DNA of 64,000 bases from a virus. Under the pieces are notes generated by a model. It was not told the origin of the DNA and did no database searches. It saw nothing but the letters and a program-made list of their open reading frames with translations. Positions within the stretch are counted from its first letter, which is position 1; each line of letters opens with the position of its first letter. The translations under genes were made by a program, and so were the position numbers. The stretch covers positions 1 through 64,000 of IMG/VR virus record IMGVR_UViG_3300025133_000042, one strand, 5' to 3'. Positions 1 through 9,829 of the stretch are shown in pieces.

Positions 1-42
1 CTGGTACCATTGACATATTTGATTGCCATGCTTTACCTCTGG

Positions 43-711
43 TTATTTAGTCCACTCTTTCGTAAGTCTTTCGAAAAGCAGATTGTTGCGAAATTCTAGT
101 TCTTCGGAGACAGCATATGCTTCAACTTTCTCTTCAGTTACTTCTTCCTCAAGCTCTTCCTTAATTTCCTCTAGGGTTTGCTTATAAGCAGCAAACTGCT
201 CGGGTAGCATCTCTTCAATTAATCTTTCCGCCATCTGCTGTGCTTGTTTTTTTGTAATAGACATTCGCTTGTTCTCCTTAAGTTGTCCACATTTTACTTG
301 GTCTTCGAAGTCTCTTACAAGAAAACCATTTCCAAGTAAATAGGCTTCTGCCTCCATTCTTCTCATATGGGGGTTTTTTTGTGCATATCCCGGTGATAAA
401 TTGATATTATCATTAAACTCTCCGCGACAATTTTGCGCGTGATGCACCAATTCATGTGAGAATGATCTTAACATATCTTTTACGTGCCGTTTATCAACAA
501 AAATAGTAATTTGCATCTTATTTGGGTCATAATATGCTGTTTTTCCAAAAGGATCTTTGGAATTTTCCGGATCAGACACCAAATTAACGCCAATATCGTC
601 TTTAAACCCCAATTTTCCCTTTGCATAAGGGTAAAATCTTGTTATCATGCTCTCTAGAGCAGACATATCTTGCTCAGAGGCGTTATTTATACTATAACCT
701 GCACCAGGCAT
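43..711 (-). CDS. HExxH (zincin-like) phage protein
   Basis: RSFSHELVHHAQ...EAEAY motif; start moved to ATG at 711, just past the upstream stop. Confidence 0.55.
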   Translation of the reverse strand: MPGAGYSINNASEQDMSALESMITRFYPYAKGKLGFKDDIGVNLVSDPENSKDPFGKTAYYDPNKMQITIFVDKRHVKDMLRSFSHELVHHAQNCRGEFNDNINLSPGYAQKNPHMRRMEAEAYLLGNGFLVRDFEDQVKCGQLKENKRMSITKKQAQQMAERLIEEMLPEQFAAYKQTLEEIKEELEEEVTEEKVEAYAVSEELEFRNNLLFERLTKEWTK

Positions 712-712
712 A

Positions 713-1696
713 TCAAGACCCACCAAAGCCCGCCGGGGCTGATTTACTTCTCTTATAACTAGGTTTTTGGCCGTAAGGTGTTGAATTTTTTTGACCTCCG
801 AGGGCAATTAGGCGCTTTTTCATGCGTTTATGCCGCGATCTGATCTTTTTCTGGTACTTTTCTATTTCGTTGAGCTTCATTTGGTCTGATTTTAAGTCAT
901 TTTTAACAAAAATCTTCAATTTCCTACCAAATTTGCCGTTTAGAGACCTCATTTTATCATATGACTGCACATATATGTCATCTAGCAAGCCTAAATACTC
1001 AGAATTTCTTAAAATTTTAAAAGCCAAGTTCTCAGGGGAGAATTCACCACTGTCTTCTAGGCCTGATTTGCGAAAATTTCTTATTTTTTCCTTTAATTTA
1101 TCAGAAAATTCATGCGCTAGCGCGTAATTCTCTTCTTCCAGGAAGTCTGACGCACGTTCGATCTGATCTGCAAGCATTTCAGCCTTCTTCATGACCAATT
1201 TATCATCAATTGCTATCTCTTTTCTCTCGGGTCTGATTATCCAGTCGCCGTCTTTCACCGAAAAGACGCCAGTCGAGTGGTGTAACTCCCCAGAATCTTG
1301 TATATATATCTCAATTTGGTGTCCGGCCATGAAAATATCATGCTTTCTATTCCACATTCCGGATTTAGCTCTAAAAAAATCGCTTACTAGGTCCCGATCG
1401 AAGGGAATTTTTGAGAAGTCAACAATAATATGCAAATCGATATCTGAAAAATTAGTCCAATTATAGTTTGCGATCGACCCGGTTATGGTGATGTCTTCGA
1501 TGTTAACATCATCTATCTCCAGACTTTCCCAAAACTCTTCAGCAACTTGTAATATTTTCTCCCTTACTGCCTTTTTTAGATCATCGTCGTCCCACAGGCC
1601 AGTATAAAGTGTTTCTTTTGGTAGATATCTTTTTGGATCGACCAGTTTTCTCTCATTTATATAAGTATTCCAAGATTTTTTGTTCATTAAAGTCAT
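713..1696 (-). CDS. Pol-beta-superfamily nucleotidyltransferase
   Basis: TGSIANYNWTNFSDIDLHI (GS...DxD) motif plus EIYIQD. Confidence 0.75.
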   Translation of the reverse strand: MTLMNKKSWNTYINERKLVDPKRYLPKETLYTGLWDDDDLKKAVREKILQVAEEFWESLEIDDVNIEDITITGSIANYNWTNFSDIDLHIIVDFSKIPFDRDLVSDFFRAKSGMWNRKHDIFMAGHQIEIYIQDSGELHHSTGVFSVKDGDWIIRPERKEIAIDDKLVMKKAEMLADQIERASDFLEEENYALAHEFSDKLKEKIRNFRKSGLEDSGEFSPENLAFKILRNSEYLGLLDDIYVQSYDKMRSLNGKFGRKLKIFVKNDLKSDQMKLNEIEKYQKKIRSRHKRMKKRLIALGGQKNSTPYGQKPSYKRSKSAPAGFGGS

Positions 1697-1935
1697 TATC
1701 TCTCCAATTTGCCCTCAAGTTTTCCAATCAATCGAATGATCTCAACGTTATCTTCTCTAATCTTATCGATATCGGCCTCAACGGCTTCAATTTTTGTCTC
1801 GATTCTTTCGAACTGATCATTATCCGCTCTCTGAATCCAAAAAATAACACCAGAAACAGTGGCGATAACAGCAACAGCGAAAGTAAACCAGTCTTTTACA
1901 CTACGCAATGTGTCATTATTATTTTGTTGGTGCAT
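1696..1935 (-). CDS. single-TM coiled-coil protein (holin/spanin-like possible)
   Basis: one hydrophobic helix followed by coiled coil; coupled to neighbours. Confidence 0.4.
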   Translation of the reverse strand: MHQQNNNDTLRSVKDWFTFAVAVIATVSGVIFWIQRADNDQFERIETKIEAVEADIDKIREDNVEIIRLIGKLEGKLER

Positions 1936-2170
1936 TTTTATTTTTTCCTATTCTAAGCTTATTTTCTATTCTTCTTAACTTTTTCTTAATTTCTCTTTGT
2001 TGCTTCCGTACTGCGCGCCGCACACAGTTTTCATCGTGCTTGTGATTAAATAGTACTGTAGTGCTGGTTTTATGCCCTACATGAGCTAACGCCCCAAAAC
2101 ATAAAGAAGAAATTAAAAATACTGCAGATATAATTAAAAATAATGTTCTGTTTTTCCCGTTAGGACACAC
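1919..2170 (-). CDS. hypothetical membrane protein
   Basis: N-terminal TM, basic C-terminus, AGGAG RBS. Confidence 0.5.
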   Translation of the reverse strand: MCPNGKNRTLFLIISAVFLISSLCFGALAHVGHKTSTTVLFNHKHDENCVRRAVRKQQREIKKKLRRIENKLRIGKNKNAPTK

Positions 2171-2214
2171 AATTTTATTCTCCTGTGCTTATAATTAGAT
2201 AGATAGGAGTAACC

Positions 2215-2469
2215 GTGACAGAGTTATTTAAGCCACTTTTTATGAAGCCGGGAGATTTAGTAACACTTAGAGGATTTAAAAACGCACCCGAAAAGCCAAT
2301 TGGCATGGTTGTGAAGATTATCTATGGCAAAAAAAATAAAAACTTGAAATTGGTAAAAGTTCGTTGGCTTACCGAAACATATGCAAAACGGCATGGATGC
2401 CGCTTTCCACTTCAGTCTTGTCCAGAGAAAAAAATTGAAGTCATCAGTGAGGCGGCAGTTAAATATTAA
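2215..2469 (+). CDS. KOW/SH3-like microprotein
   Basis: MKPGDLV...IGMVV...VKVRW...IEVIS; AGGAG RBS; one of very few + strand genes. Confidence 0.6.
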   Translation: MTELFKPLFMKPGDLVTLRGFKNAPEKPIGMVVKIIYGKKNKNLKLVKVRWLTETYAKRHGCRFPLQSCPEKKIEVISEAAVKY

Positions 2470-3070
2470 AAGTACGAAGTATGTTTTTTGTTTTTATTAC
2501 TAATGAAGTGTGCTCCCATGTCCATCCTTTGTATTTTTTTCCTTCATGATCTGCATCACCATGGCCATTTTTTGCCCGCAAAGAAAGATGCACCAACTCA
2601 TGCATCAATGAGGTTTCGGAAATTTTATTAACATAGCCGGCCCATATCCATGTGTAATTTCCTCCCCGAGCAAGTCCATTTACCCTAACATTGATAACTT
2701 TTTCACCTTTGAGATTGTACGCTTTTTTAACTGTTTTTTTGTTTACATCCCACTCTATCATGACGTCTTCGAGCATGCGCCGTACAGAATGATCATCATC
2801 CCCAAAATTTTCGACCCATTGCTGATAAAAAATTATCATTGATAATGATGTTTTATGCTTTTCATATAAATTGCAACTTGGAACTATTTGTGTAGCCTTC
2901 CCGAAAAAAGGTATCATAATCATTTGTGGAAATGGCCTATCGGGATCACAAAAAGATCTTTTATGTATTTTTGCAAGATCTGGATTATGAAAAAATCTAA
3001 TTTTTTCATTTCCGGCGCATGTCATAGAAAATACCATAACTATTAATAATAATATTGTTTTTTTGAACAA
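2459..3070 (-). CDS. exported HExxH protein
   Basis: signal/lipoprotein N-terminus; LMHELVHL. Confidence 0.55.
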   Translation of the reverse strand: MFKKTILLLIVMVFSMTCAGNEKIRFFHNPDLAKIHKRSFCDPDRPFPQMIMIPFFGKATQIVPSCNLYEKHKTSLSMIIFYQQWVENFGDDDHSVRRMLEDVMIEWDVNKKTVKKAYNLKGEKVINVRVNGLARGGNYTWIWAGYVNKISETSLMHELVHLSLRAKNGHGDADHEGKKYKGWTWEHTSLVIKTKNILRTFNI

Positions 3071-3082
3071 CTCATGCTTTTC

Positions 3083-3310
3083 CTAGCAGTCTGCTTTCTT
3101 CTTTGTGATCATCAATGTTTTTGTAATAACATCTGATTTAAACTCTTCCAACAAGTGTGAAAAATTTTCAATATCGGATTTTGTTATCTCATCCATCATC
3201 GCCCAAAGAGAATCAACTTCATCTTTAAGCTCTGCATTTTCTTTTTTAGCTTTTTCTATTAATTTATCGAGCTTTTTAATTTCTTCTTCTAATTCATCAA
3301 CTTTACTCAT
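3083..3310 (-). CDS. coiled-coil hypothetical protein
   Basis: heptad-rich ORF overlapping the upstream stop. Confidence 0.5.
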   Translation of the reverse strand: MSKVDELEEEIKKLDKLIEKAKKENAELKDEVDSLWAMMDEITKSDIENFSHLLEEFKSDVITKTLMITKKKADC

Positions 3311-5207
3311 TTGTTCCACCTTTACATATTTCATCAAGAATCTCCATCAAACTAGCATACATCTCAGTAGGATTGTTTGTGAGTTTATACCAAGCTCCAT
3401 TTCCAGCATTAGCAATATCTTCCCACTGTGTTGAGCCAGAAGATCTTGAGAATGTATATAGTTTAAGCTGCGGCGTGCCAGAAACAGCTGTTTTAACCTC
3501 TTCTACCTTTAATTCCGGACTCAAGTAGCTTTGAGGCTCCTCATCGCTAAAAACAATGATTATACGATCCGCGCCTGCCCGCCAACTAATATCAAAATTT
3601 TGCAAAGGCGGCGAGGATTCGATTACGCTAGTTCCTATTCCATTTGTGCCAGCTGCTCCAGACCATTGAAAATTAGACATGGGCTGAGGAAGGGTCGCCG
3701 TAATATTATGTACCGATATATAAATTGCATCAAGGAGCATTTCAAAAGCAGTACTCATCGATTGGGAGCTAGTATCCATGGCGGCCAAAGAAGCCAGGTA
3801 ATCAGAGAACCCGATTAAGTCTTGTACTAGTTCCAAACGCTCGTCATAAGTTGAAGGCAGCACAGCCACAGGCCCGCGCATAAATGCCCACTTAATAACA
3901 TCTTCGTCACTGAAATTTTGCGCAAATTGATTTAATGCTATCATTACGGCACTCATTTCATCGCCCATAGATCCAGACCAGTCAACAATGAAAAGAACAT
4001 CAGTTTCTTTCATCTCTTCGCCCCAGTCTGCTATGCCATCACAATCATCATCAAGCCCATTGCAAATTTCTGTTTGAGGTGTTATTTCGCCACTGCAATA
4101 AAATGGAATGAAGTTCTCGTCATCATCATAACTCCCCCACGCGCCGGCATCACAAGTCATTTCGCCTGGTATGCATATGCCGGTCATTATCGTTCCTTCT
4201 GGTCCGGTGTAGCATGGAGCATTGAGATCTTCATCGATTTCTTGGTTGCAGTTATCATCAAAATTATTACACTTTTCCTGGCTTAGTTCCATTCCAATCA
4301 GGGGATCACAAACACTATTTGGATCTCCAGAAGGCACCCAATAACACAAAGCATAGCATTCTGTCATCGCAAGGTCTATACAATCCGGATCTAAGCATTG
4401 ACATGTTTTATATCCCTGCCCACATAATAATGGATCATCTTGACACGGAAACAACACTCCGACATCCTGCATCGTACAAACACATTCTAGCCCTTCGTCG
4501 ATCTGACCGTCGCAGTCGTTATCTAAGCCATCGCAAACTTCATCTAATTCAGCCGGCGCAGTACAAGATACCCAGCTTCCCTCATAACACATCTCGTATC
4601 CAGCTCCGCATGCTGTGCTGCAGGGCTGAATAAGCCCTTCGTCTGTATCTCCGTCACAATCATCATCAAAACCGTTACACTGCTCGCCAGGTATTATTCC
4701 ACACTCGTCACATGCATTTAGCTGCCCTTCGTCGATTTCTCCATCGCAATCATCATCTTCATAGTTGCATAATTCTTCTTCGCAGGCTGTAGTGCAATCT
4801 GTATATTGTATCAAGCCTTTATTACAAACTTTTTCTTGAGTGCCAGGATATCCATCTGCAGTCGTACATTCAACTTCAGCAATAAGATATTGTGTTGGAT
4901 CGCACTCCATATACTGTATGCATTCAGATTCCGAATATAATACCTTGGGGTCTTCACAAATATTAAAGCATATCTCTTTTCTCCAAATTGAATCTAGTGG
5001 AGGGCAAAAATACCAATCGCACTCAATACACTCCGGATCCGGCGGAGGAGGTTCGGCTACCCAAGGAATAACTTCTATTATATCTTCTTCTTGTACATCT
5101 ACATCTTCAACTACATCTGGAATATTAGTATTATGCTCTTGTCCCGCATCGCTGCAACTAATCTGCAGAGAAATAAGCGCTACAAGAGCCAATACCAAAT
5201 TTTTCAT
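3303..5207 (-). CDS. lipoprotein with Cys/Asp metal-binding repeats (MopE-like) and C-terminal VWA domain
   Basis: lipobox-like ISC; five ExCxxxDxxCxxxxDx repeats; DVLFIVDWSGSM MIDAS motif. Confidence 0.75.
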   Translation of the reverse strand: MKNLVLALVALISLQISCSDAGQEHNTNIPDVVEDVDVQEEDIIEVIPWVAEPPPPDPECIECDWYFCPPLDSIWRKEICFNICEDPKVLYSESECIQYMECDPTQYLIAEVECTTADGYPGTQEKVCNKGLIQYTDCTTACEEELCNYEDDDCDGEIDEGQLNACDECGIIPGEQCNGFDDDCDGDTDEGLIQPCSTACGAGYEMCYEGSWVSCTAPAELDEVCDGLDNDCDGQIDEGLECVCTMQDVGVLFPCQDDPLLCGQGYKTCQCLDPDCIDLAMTECYALCYWVPSGDPNSVCDPLIGMELSQEKCNNFDDNCNQEIDEDLNAPCYTGPEGTIMTGICIPGEMTCDAGAWGSYDDDENFIPFYCSGEITPQTEICNGLDDDCDGIADWGEEMKETDVLFIVDWSGSMGDEMSAVMIALNQFAQNFSDEDVIKWAFMRGPVAVLPSTYDERLELVQDLIGFSDYLASLAAMDTSSQSMSTAFEMLLDAIYISVHNITATLPQPMSNFQWSGAAGTNGIGTSVIESSPPLQNFDISWRAGADRIIIVFSDEEPQSYLSPELKVEEVKTAVSGTPQLKLYTFSRSSGSTQWEDIANAGNGAWYKLTNNPTEMYASLMEILDEICKGGTNE

Positions 5208-5218
5208 ATGCTAAACCC

Positions 5219-5518
5219 TCATGGTCTTCTTCGTTTAAAGATGCCTCTCATGTCAATTTCTTGTGTCTCTCTGTCTGCGTCGAATGCATGGTCATGAAGC
5301 GCGCAGTACTCTGAATAAAGATCTGCCATCGCTTTTCCACACTTATAAGCGCTAGGATACTTTTTATAAAAAAATGCTTGACCCGCCGATCCAAGCCAAA
5401 AATTTGGATGCATTTTCCATTTCTGAGTAAGTACGTTTGCTCTTGCCTCGCCAATAAACTCCCCTTCAACATAAATCGCTTGAGTATATTCGTCTATTTG
5501 TTTCCAAGATATACTCAT
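5219..5518 (-). CDS. hypothetical protein
   Basis: ORF coupled to the endolysin stop. Confidence 0.5.
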   Translation of the reverse strand: MSISWKQIDEYTQAIYVEGEFIGEARANVLTQKWKMHPNFWLGSAGQAFFYKKYPSAYKCGKAMADLYSEYCALHDHAFDADRETQEIDMRGIFKRRRP

Positions 5519-6369
5519 CTGATATCCTCTAAAATCTTGTCCAACTCAAGGCCGGCACAATCTATCTTGCCCCGCGTTAAGTGATAATGACAAACGACCC
5601 CTTTATATTTTCTATTCTTTGCAGGATCGTAGACTTTTGTTATCAAATCGCCGTTTTCAGTAGGGCACTGGAGGGGTATGTCATAATGACTGCTCAAAGC
5701 TCTTAAAAGGGCCTTGTAGGCTGCAATTTGAACAGGATAGTATCCAAGGTGCGGTCCTAGCTTTCTACCATGGACGCGGCTGGTTATTACAGGGCGTTTG
5801 CCAAATTTGTGTGCCTCATACCACTTATTGTATTTTGTGTAATATGCATTAGAAAAATCTATTCCTATCGAAACGCCATTAACTCCGCCTGCATGCCAGG
5901 CGGCATGGTTAGTATCGACAAACTGATGAATAACGCCATCATTATCAATACAAAAATGAGAAGATATCCCTCTTGCATGCAAAACTCTTCTGCACTTCTC
6001 CGCTGAAGTTGTTGCGTCCCAGTGCGTAACAATCATCTTTGGCTTTCTGATGGATCTAGATTTTTTATAGCAATTAGATGGAAGGAGGCTTAACTTGACA
6101 TCCCAGTCAATCTTCATCTTGACTCCATCTACTAGTATAAAGCTACCGAATCCGCGCGCGTCAAGGTCGCGACTACTAAGAAGCCTTCTGAAGGTCTGAG
6201 GACCAACCAGTCCATCAGTTTTTAAGCTGTGTTCTGCCTGAAAAAGTTTAATCCTTGCGATTAGGTATTTATCAAATCCTTGCAGCATCGGATCAAGCCA
6301 AGTTGGATCCCAGCCAAACTTTTTGGCTGATTTTTTATTATAGTTATTTATTCTCCACTCGCTAAACAT
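5515..6369 (-). CDS. endolysin: peptidoglycan-binding domain + N-acetylmuramoyl-L-alanine amidase (Amidase_2)
   Basis: FQAEHSLKTDGLVGPQT PG-binding motif; IVTHW, SSHFCIDNDG, AWHAG, CHYH, KIDC. Confidence 0.85.
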   Translation of the reverse strand: MFSEWRINNYNKKSAKKFGWDPTWLDPMLQGFDKYLIARIKLFQAEHSLKTDGLVGPQTFRRLLSSRDLDARGFGSFILVDGVKMKIDWDVKLSLLPSNCYKKSRSIRKPKMIVTHWDATTSAEKCRRVLHARGISSHFCIDNDGVIHQFVDTNHAAWHAGGVNGVSIGIDFSNAYYTKYNKWYEAHKFGKRPVITSRVHGRKLGPHLGYYPVQIAAYKALLRALSSHYDIPLQCPTENGDLITKVYDPAKNRKYKGVVCHYHLTRGKIDCAGLELDKILEDIR

Positions 6370-6430
6370 AAAACTATTTCCTAAGTTTGCGCTATACTAT
6401 TAAATATGAAGAATAAAACGTTTTTACAAC

Positions 6431-7174
6431 TTATTCCTCGTATTTGTATTTATATGAGCCCGGCGGCGGCGACACGGTATTGCCACGAGCATATGCACTA
6501 TCACCTTTTTCAGGCTTATAGTCAGGATCTTTTACGCAGTCCCCGCCAGAGCCACCAGCGCTCTTCCAAAAGTAACCGTCAGGACAATTGCCTTCTTCAA
6601 GCTCATCCTCTTCTAACTTTCTCTTTTTTGCACTCGAAAAGCGCTCAGCATAATCTTTGTCGGCACTAACGCTCTCCGGCTCTTCGGCACCCCGAGATTT
6701 CATTTGTCTGATCGCCTGCAGCGCTGCCATGTCAACTGCCGTCTTCTTAGATTGTCCGCGCTTAGATTTTTTGCCAATGCCCTGGAGGTGCTGCTTAAAT
6801 CTCTCTCCAAAGCCCTCATCAAAGATTTTTACAATCTCCTCTTTGACAACCTGTTCAAGATCTTCTTCCTCTTTAAGAGTGCCTTGCTGTTTTTTAATTA
6901 GACTTACTACATTCATAGCGATATCATATTCATATTGGCTGACTTTTCCACTGGCCAATAGTTGCTCAAGCTCTAATTCAATATCTTCGGTACCTTGCGC
7001 AAGCTTAGACATAGGGATATCTCCTGACTCGTCATCAAAAGCTTGGTCGTATTTGCCAGAAAATTTTATATCTCCCATCGTCGGTGAGTCTTCTCCCCCC
7101 ACATCCCGCGCTTCCCGCATTGCGTCAGCTTCTTCTTTAATAATTTGCTTTAATCGTTTTTTTGTAATTTTCAT
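6431..7174 (-). CDS. MKITK-leader protein (putative virion internal protein)
   Basis: MKITKKRLKQIIKEE leader. Confidence 0.65.
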   Translation of the reverse strand: MKITKKRLKQIIKEEADAMREARDVGGEDSPTMGDIKFSGKYDQAFDDESGDIPMSKLAQGTEDIELELEQLLASGKVSQYEYDIAMNVVSLIKKQQGTLKEEEDLEQVVKEEIVKIFDEGFGERFKQHLQGIGKKSKRGQSKKTAVDMAALQAIRQMKSRGAEEPESVSADKDYAERFSSAKKRKLEEDELEEGNCPDGYFWKSAGGSGGDCVKDPDYKPEKGDSAYARGNTVSPPPGSYKYKYEE

Positions 7175-7198
7175 GTTAAGGGTCCTTTAACTCTTTCT

Positions 7199-7609
7199 TT
7201 AATTGCATCCTTCGTACTGGCATGCCTGGCACTCTCCGCCGCGACACTTCCCGCTAGCACAATCCTCCGTGCTCTTGCACTCCCCGCCGGCTTTCTTTCC
7301 AACAAATCCACCCGGAGTTTGATCTCTGCAGCATTCCCATTCAGGAAATAATTCAGGAAACCACTTGAGTTCGAGCGGCCCCGGCCGGCCGCCGCGCTTA
7401 GCTTTTGCTTCCGCCTCCCGACGCCTCCGGTCAGCTAGCACGGCTCCAGCTGCTCCTCCGTGGCTTTTAAAAGCTCCTTTCCCCGCAGCTGCTCGTTCGC
7501 GCTCAATACGATCCAAAGTACCATATCCCGGTCCGCTCCCCCATTCCTTGATTGCAGCTGCTAGCTCTTCTTTAATAATTTGCTTTAATCGTTTTTTTGT
7601 AATTTTCAT
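7199..7609 (-). CDS. MKITK-leader protein with Cys-rich C-terminus
   Basis: leader; ECKSTEDCASGKCRGGECQAC. Confidence 0.65.
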   Translation of the reverse strand: MKITKKRLKQIIKEELAAAIKEWGSGPGYGTLDRIERERAAAGKGAFKSHGGAAGAVLADRRRREAEAKAKRGGRPGPLELKWFPELFPEWECCRDQTPGGFVGKKAGGECKSTEDCASGKCRGGECQACQYEGCN

Positions 7610-8529
7610 TATTCAAAAACACCACTTTCCGTGTGTAATATTTCTGCAGCTTGTTTTAGTACGGTAGCTTCTTCTGGATTAAAACTATCGGCAACGTTGC
7701 GTAAATCTTCCGCCATTTGGAATAAGTCAGGCGTTTCAGGCAGCTCAATGTCTTCTTTTAGTCCCTCTTCAGGCAAATCAAGTTGCTGTTGTTCACCGGA
7801 TTGCATTTGCATTAAATCAGCCCATTTTTCTGGATCAGATACCTTCAGATCATCCATCATTCTTGTTAACATTCCGGCCGGCCATCTTTTTAAAGCAGCA
7901 AGAACATGATCATAAGATTCGCGTGCCTCTTTAGCTGCTGTTATCTCTTCTTCCAAAAATTGTTTTATCTGTTCTTCTGTGATTTTATCTCTTTCCAACG
8001 CCTCATGAGTAGCAAGTCCGCTCGTGCCTCCGCCAACAGTTCCTCGCGCCGGCGCGCCGGGTATGTCTCCGGCTTGTGTATATCCTGAATACTTTCCCTG
8101 ATTGATATTAAGCCACGTCAACAAGGGCTTCATTTCAGGACCATATATCCAAGAACGTAATGCACGTTGAGGGCCCGAAGCTGAAATGCCGGCCAACATC
8201 ATATCTGCAGATATTTTATTATCAACTAACTTATTCAGCGCCTCTTCGTTTGAAAATCCTGCCTTTTCGAAAATCCTGCTCCAATAATTTTTTAGGCCCT
8301 CCGGAGACAGCCTGTCTCTGGCATATTTTCTGCCCATCCCGGCATGCCCTGAAACTCCCGTTCGGCCAGCCCCGGGCACGTGATGGCCACCAGCTCCAGC
8401 CGGCCCCGATCGCGCCTCATGAAAAGTCGTCTGCAGTTCTTCTTTGATTTGTTTCAGGCCCTCTCCATTCAGAAGATGCTCTATTTCTTCTTTAATAATC
8501 TGCGCTAGCAGTTGTTTTGTAATTTTCAT
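7609..8529 (-). CDS. MKITK-leader protein
   Basis: MKITKQLLAQIIKEE plus internal copy KITEEQIKQFLEEE. Confidence 0.65.
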   Translation of the reverse strand: MKITKQLLAQIIKEEIEHLLNGEGLKQIKEELQTTFHEARSGPAGAGGHHVPGAGRTGVSGHAGMGRKYARDRLSPEGLKNYWSRIFEKAGFSNEEALNKLVDNKISADMMLAGISASGPQRALRSWIYGPEMKPLLTWLNINQGKYSGYTQAGDIPGAPARGTVGGGTSGLATHEALERDKITEEQIKQFLEEEITAAKEARESYDHVLAALKRWPAGMLTRMMDDLKVSDPEKWADLMQMQSGEQQQLDLPEEGLKEDIELPETPDLFQMAEDLRNVADSFNPEEATVLKQAAEILHTESGVFE

Positions 8530-8726
8530 TAATCTGTATCTCCATAGTGCTCATCTTCGAGCCAGTCTAGCGGGTATTCCCTCTCTTCATTCTCTTTATT
8601 CTGAATCATTTGACATACTTCCACAATATGCTCTTTCGGAATCGTATTTTTCATCTCAATCAAATTTTTCTTAGCCTCCATGGAGGTTAAAGTATTCTTA
8701 GACATCTCAACGCATATCAAGCACAT
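8529..8726 (-). CDS. small hypothetical protein (CxxC start)
   Basis: TAATG-coupled on both sides. Confidence 0.55.
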   Translation of the reverse strand: MCLICVEMSKNTLTSMEAKKNLIEMKNTIPKEHIVEVCQMIQNKENEEREYPLDWLEDEHYGDTD

Positions 8727-9250
8727 TATTCATTCTCCTTGTTTTCATATTGCGATACTAAATGTTGTCTTCTTAATTTTTCCATTTCCTCGGGATTGCC
8801 GCGGCTCCAATGCGGCGCAACGGCCCTTACATGCGCCATCTTTGCTGCTCCGAGCATAAATTCAAATCGTTGTGAGGCCTGTTCTAGTTCTTCCGGAATA
8901 TCTTGATTGCCAAATTTTCCAGCAAGACTATCTAATAATTCCATGCCTTCCTTGGCATATTTAAAAACGGCTTTCCAGCCGCCTTTCCCAGTCCTCGTCG
9001 TCCCGGTAATCTCATTCACTTCTTCTTCTGCCAGGCCAGTACTTCCATATAAGCTCAAGACTCTAGTTAGGCTCTGATCATCAGCATTAGAAAATATTGC
9101 AAAAAGAGGATGCTTTTGGCCAAGCGTTCTCCACGATCGATTTGTAACCAGATCTAAAGCTTTTTGAGCTTTGTTCGGTACTTCTTCTTGTAAAACCGCC
9201 TCAAGCTCCTCGACAATTAGTTCTCTCAGTCGTTTTTCTGTTGTTTCCAC
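8726..9250 (-). CDS. divergent MKITK-leader protein
   Basis: METTEKRLRELIVEEL. Confidence 0.6.
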   Translation of the reverse strand: METTEKRLRELIVEELEAVLQEEVPNKAQKALDLVTNRSWRTLGQKHPLFAIFSNADDQSLTRVLSLYGSTGLAEEEVNEITGTTRTGKGGWKAVFKYAKEGMELLDSLAGKFGNQDIPEELEQASQRFEFMLGAAKMAHVRAVAPHWSRGNPEEMEKLRRQHLVSQYENKENE

Positions 9251-9251
9251 T

Positions 9252-9515
9252 TTATAAATACTCCTCGCTTTCGTTTAAGAATGGATCGTTTGTTGCTTTA
9301 TTGTCCTTCAGCGCCTGATGGAGAGCGAAAATTACACCATTGTCCAAATGAGTATACCGCGGAGGATCTTGTGCAGCCTGCTCAGCAGCTTCGACCAACA
9401 TTCGATTTAACTTGCTTCTAATTCTATCAATTGTCATATAGCCATATCCAGCAACCAAAACACTTCCCAGCTCTTCTTTAATAATCTGTTTTAATTGTGA
9501 TTTTGTTATTTTCAT
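9252..9515 (-). CDS. MKITK-leader protein
   Basis: MKITKSQLKQIIKEE; start corrected to 9515 (GGAGAG RBS). Confidence 0.65.
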   Translation of the reverse strand: MKITKSQLKQIIKEELGSVLVAGYGYMTIDRIRSKLNRMLVEAAEQAAQDPPRYTHLDNGVIFALHQALKDNKATNDPFLNESEEYL

Positions 9516-9516
9516 A

Positions 9517-9825
9517 TTATTCTCTCCCACGTCCCCCAACGCTGGCCTGTTTAGCTAAATATTCTAGCTTTGCAGCCAGGTCGTATTGATTTTCGCCATA
9601 TTGCAGGTCCAGTAACTCTCTAACAGCTGCCAATACTTCAGCCGTTTTTTCATCGGCGCGCCTGGTAACATCAAACATGCTAGGAGAGTGCCCAACTTCT
9701 GATGCTGGTGAGCCGAGAGGAGTTCCTGTTGCAAAGTCAGTACCAGCGACCGGTCGAATGGCTTCAAGTGACAACTGAAGTTCTTCTTTGACAATTTGTT
9801 TTAATTTTGATTTTGTAATTTTCAT
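9517..9825 (-). CDS. MKITK-leader protein
   Basis: MKITKSKLKQIVKEE. Confidence 0.65.
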   Translation of the reverse strand: MKITKSKLKQIVKEELQLSLEAIRPVAGTDFATGTPLGSPASEVGHSPSMFDVTRRADEKTAEVLAAVRELLDLQYGENQYDLAAKLEYLAKQASVGGRGRE

Positions 9826-9829
9826 GTTT

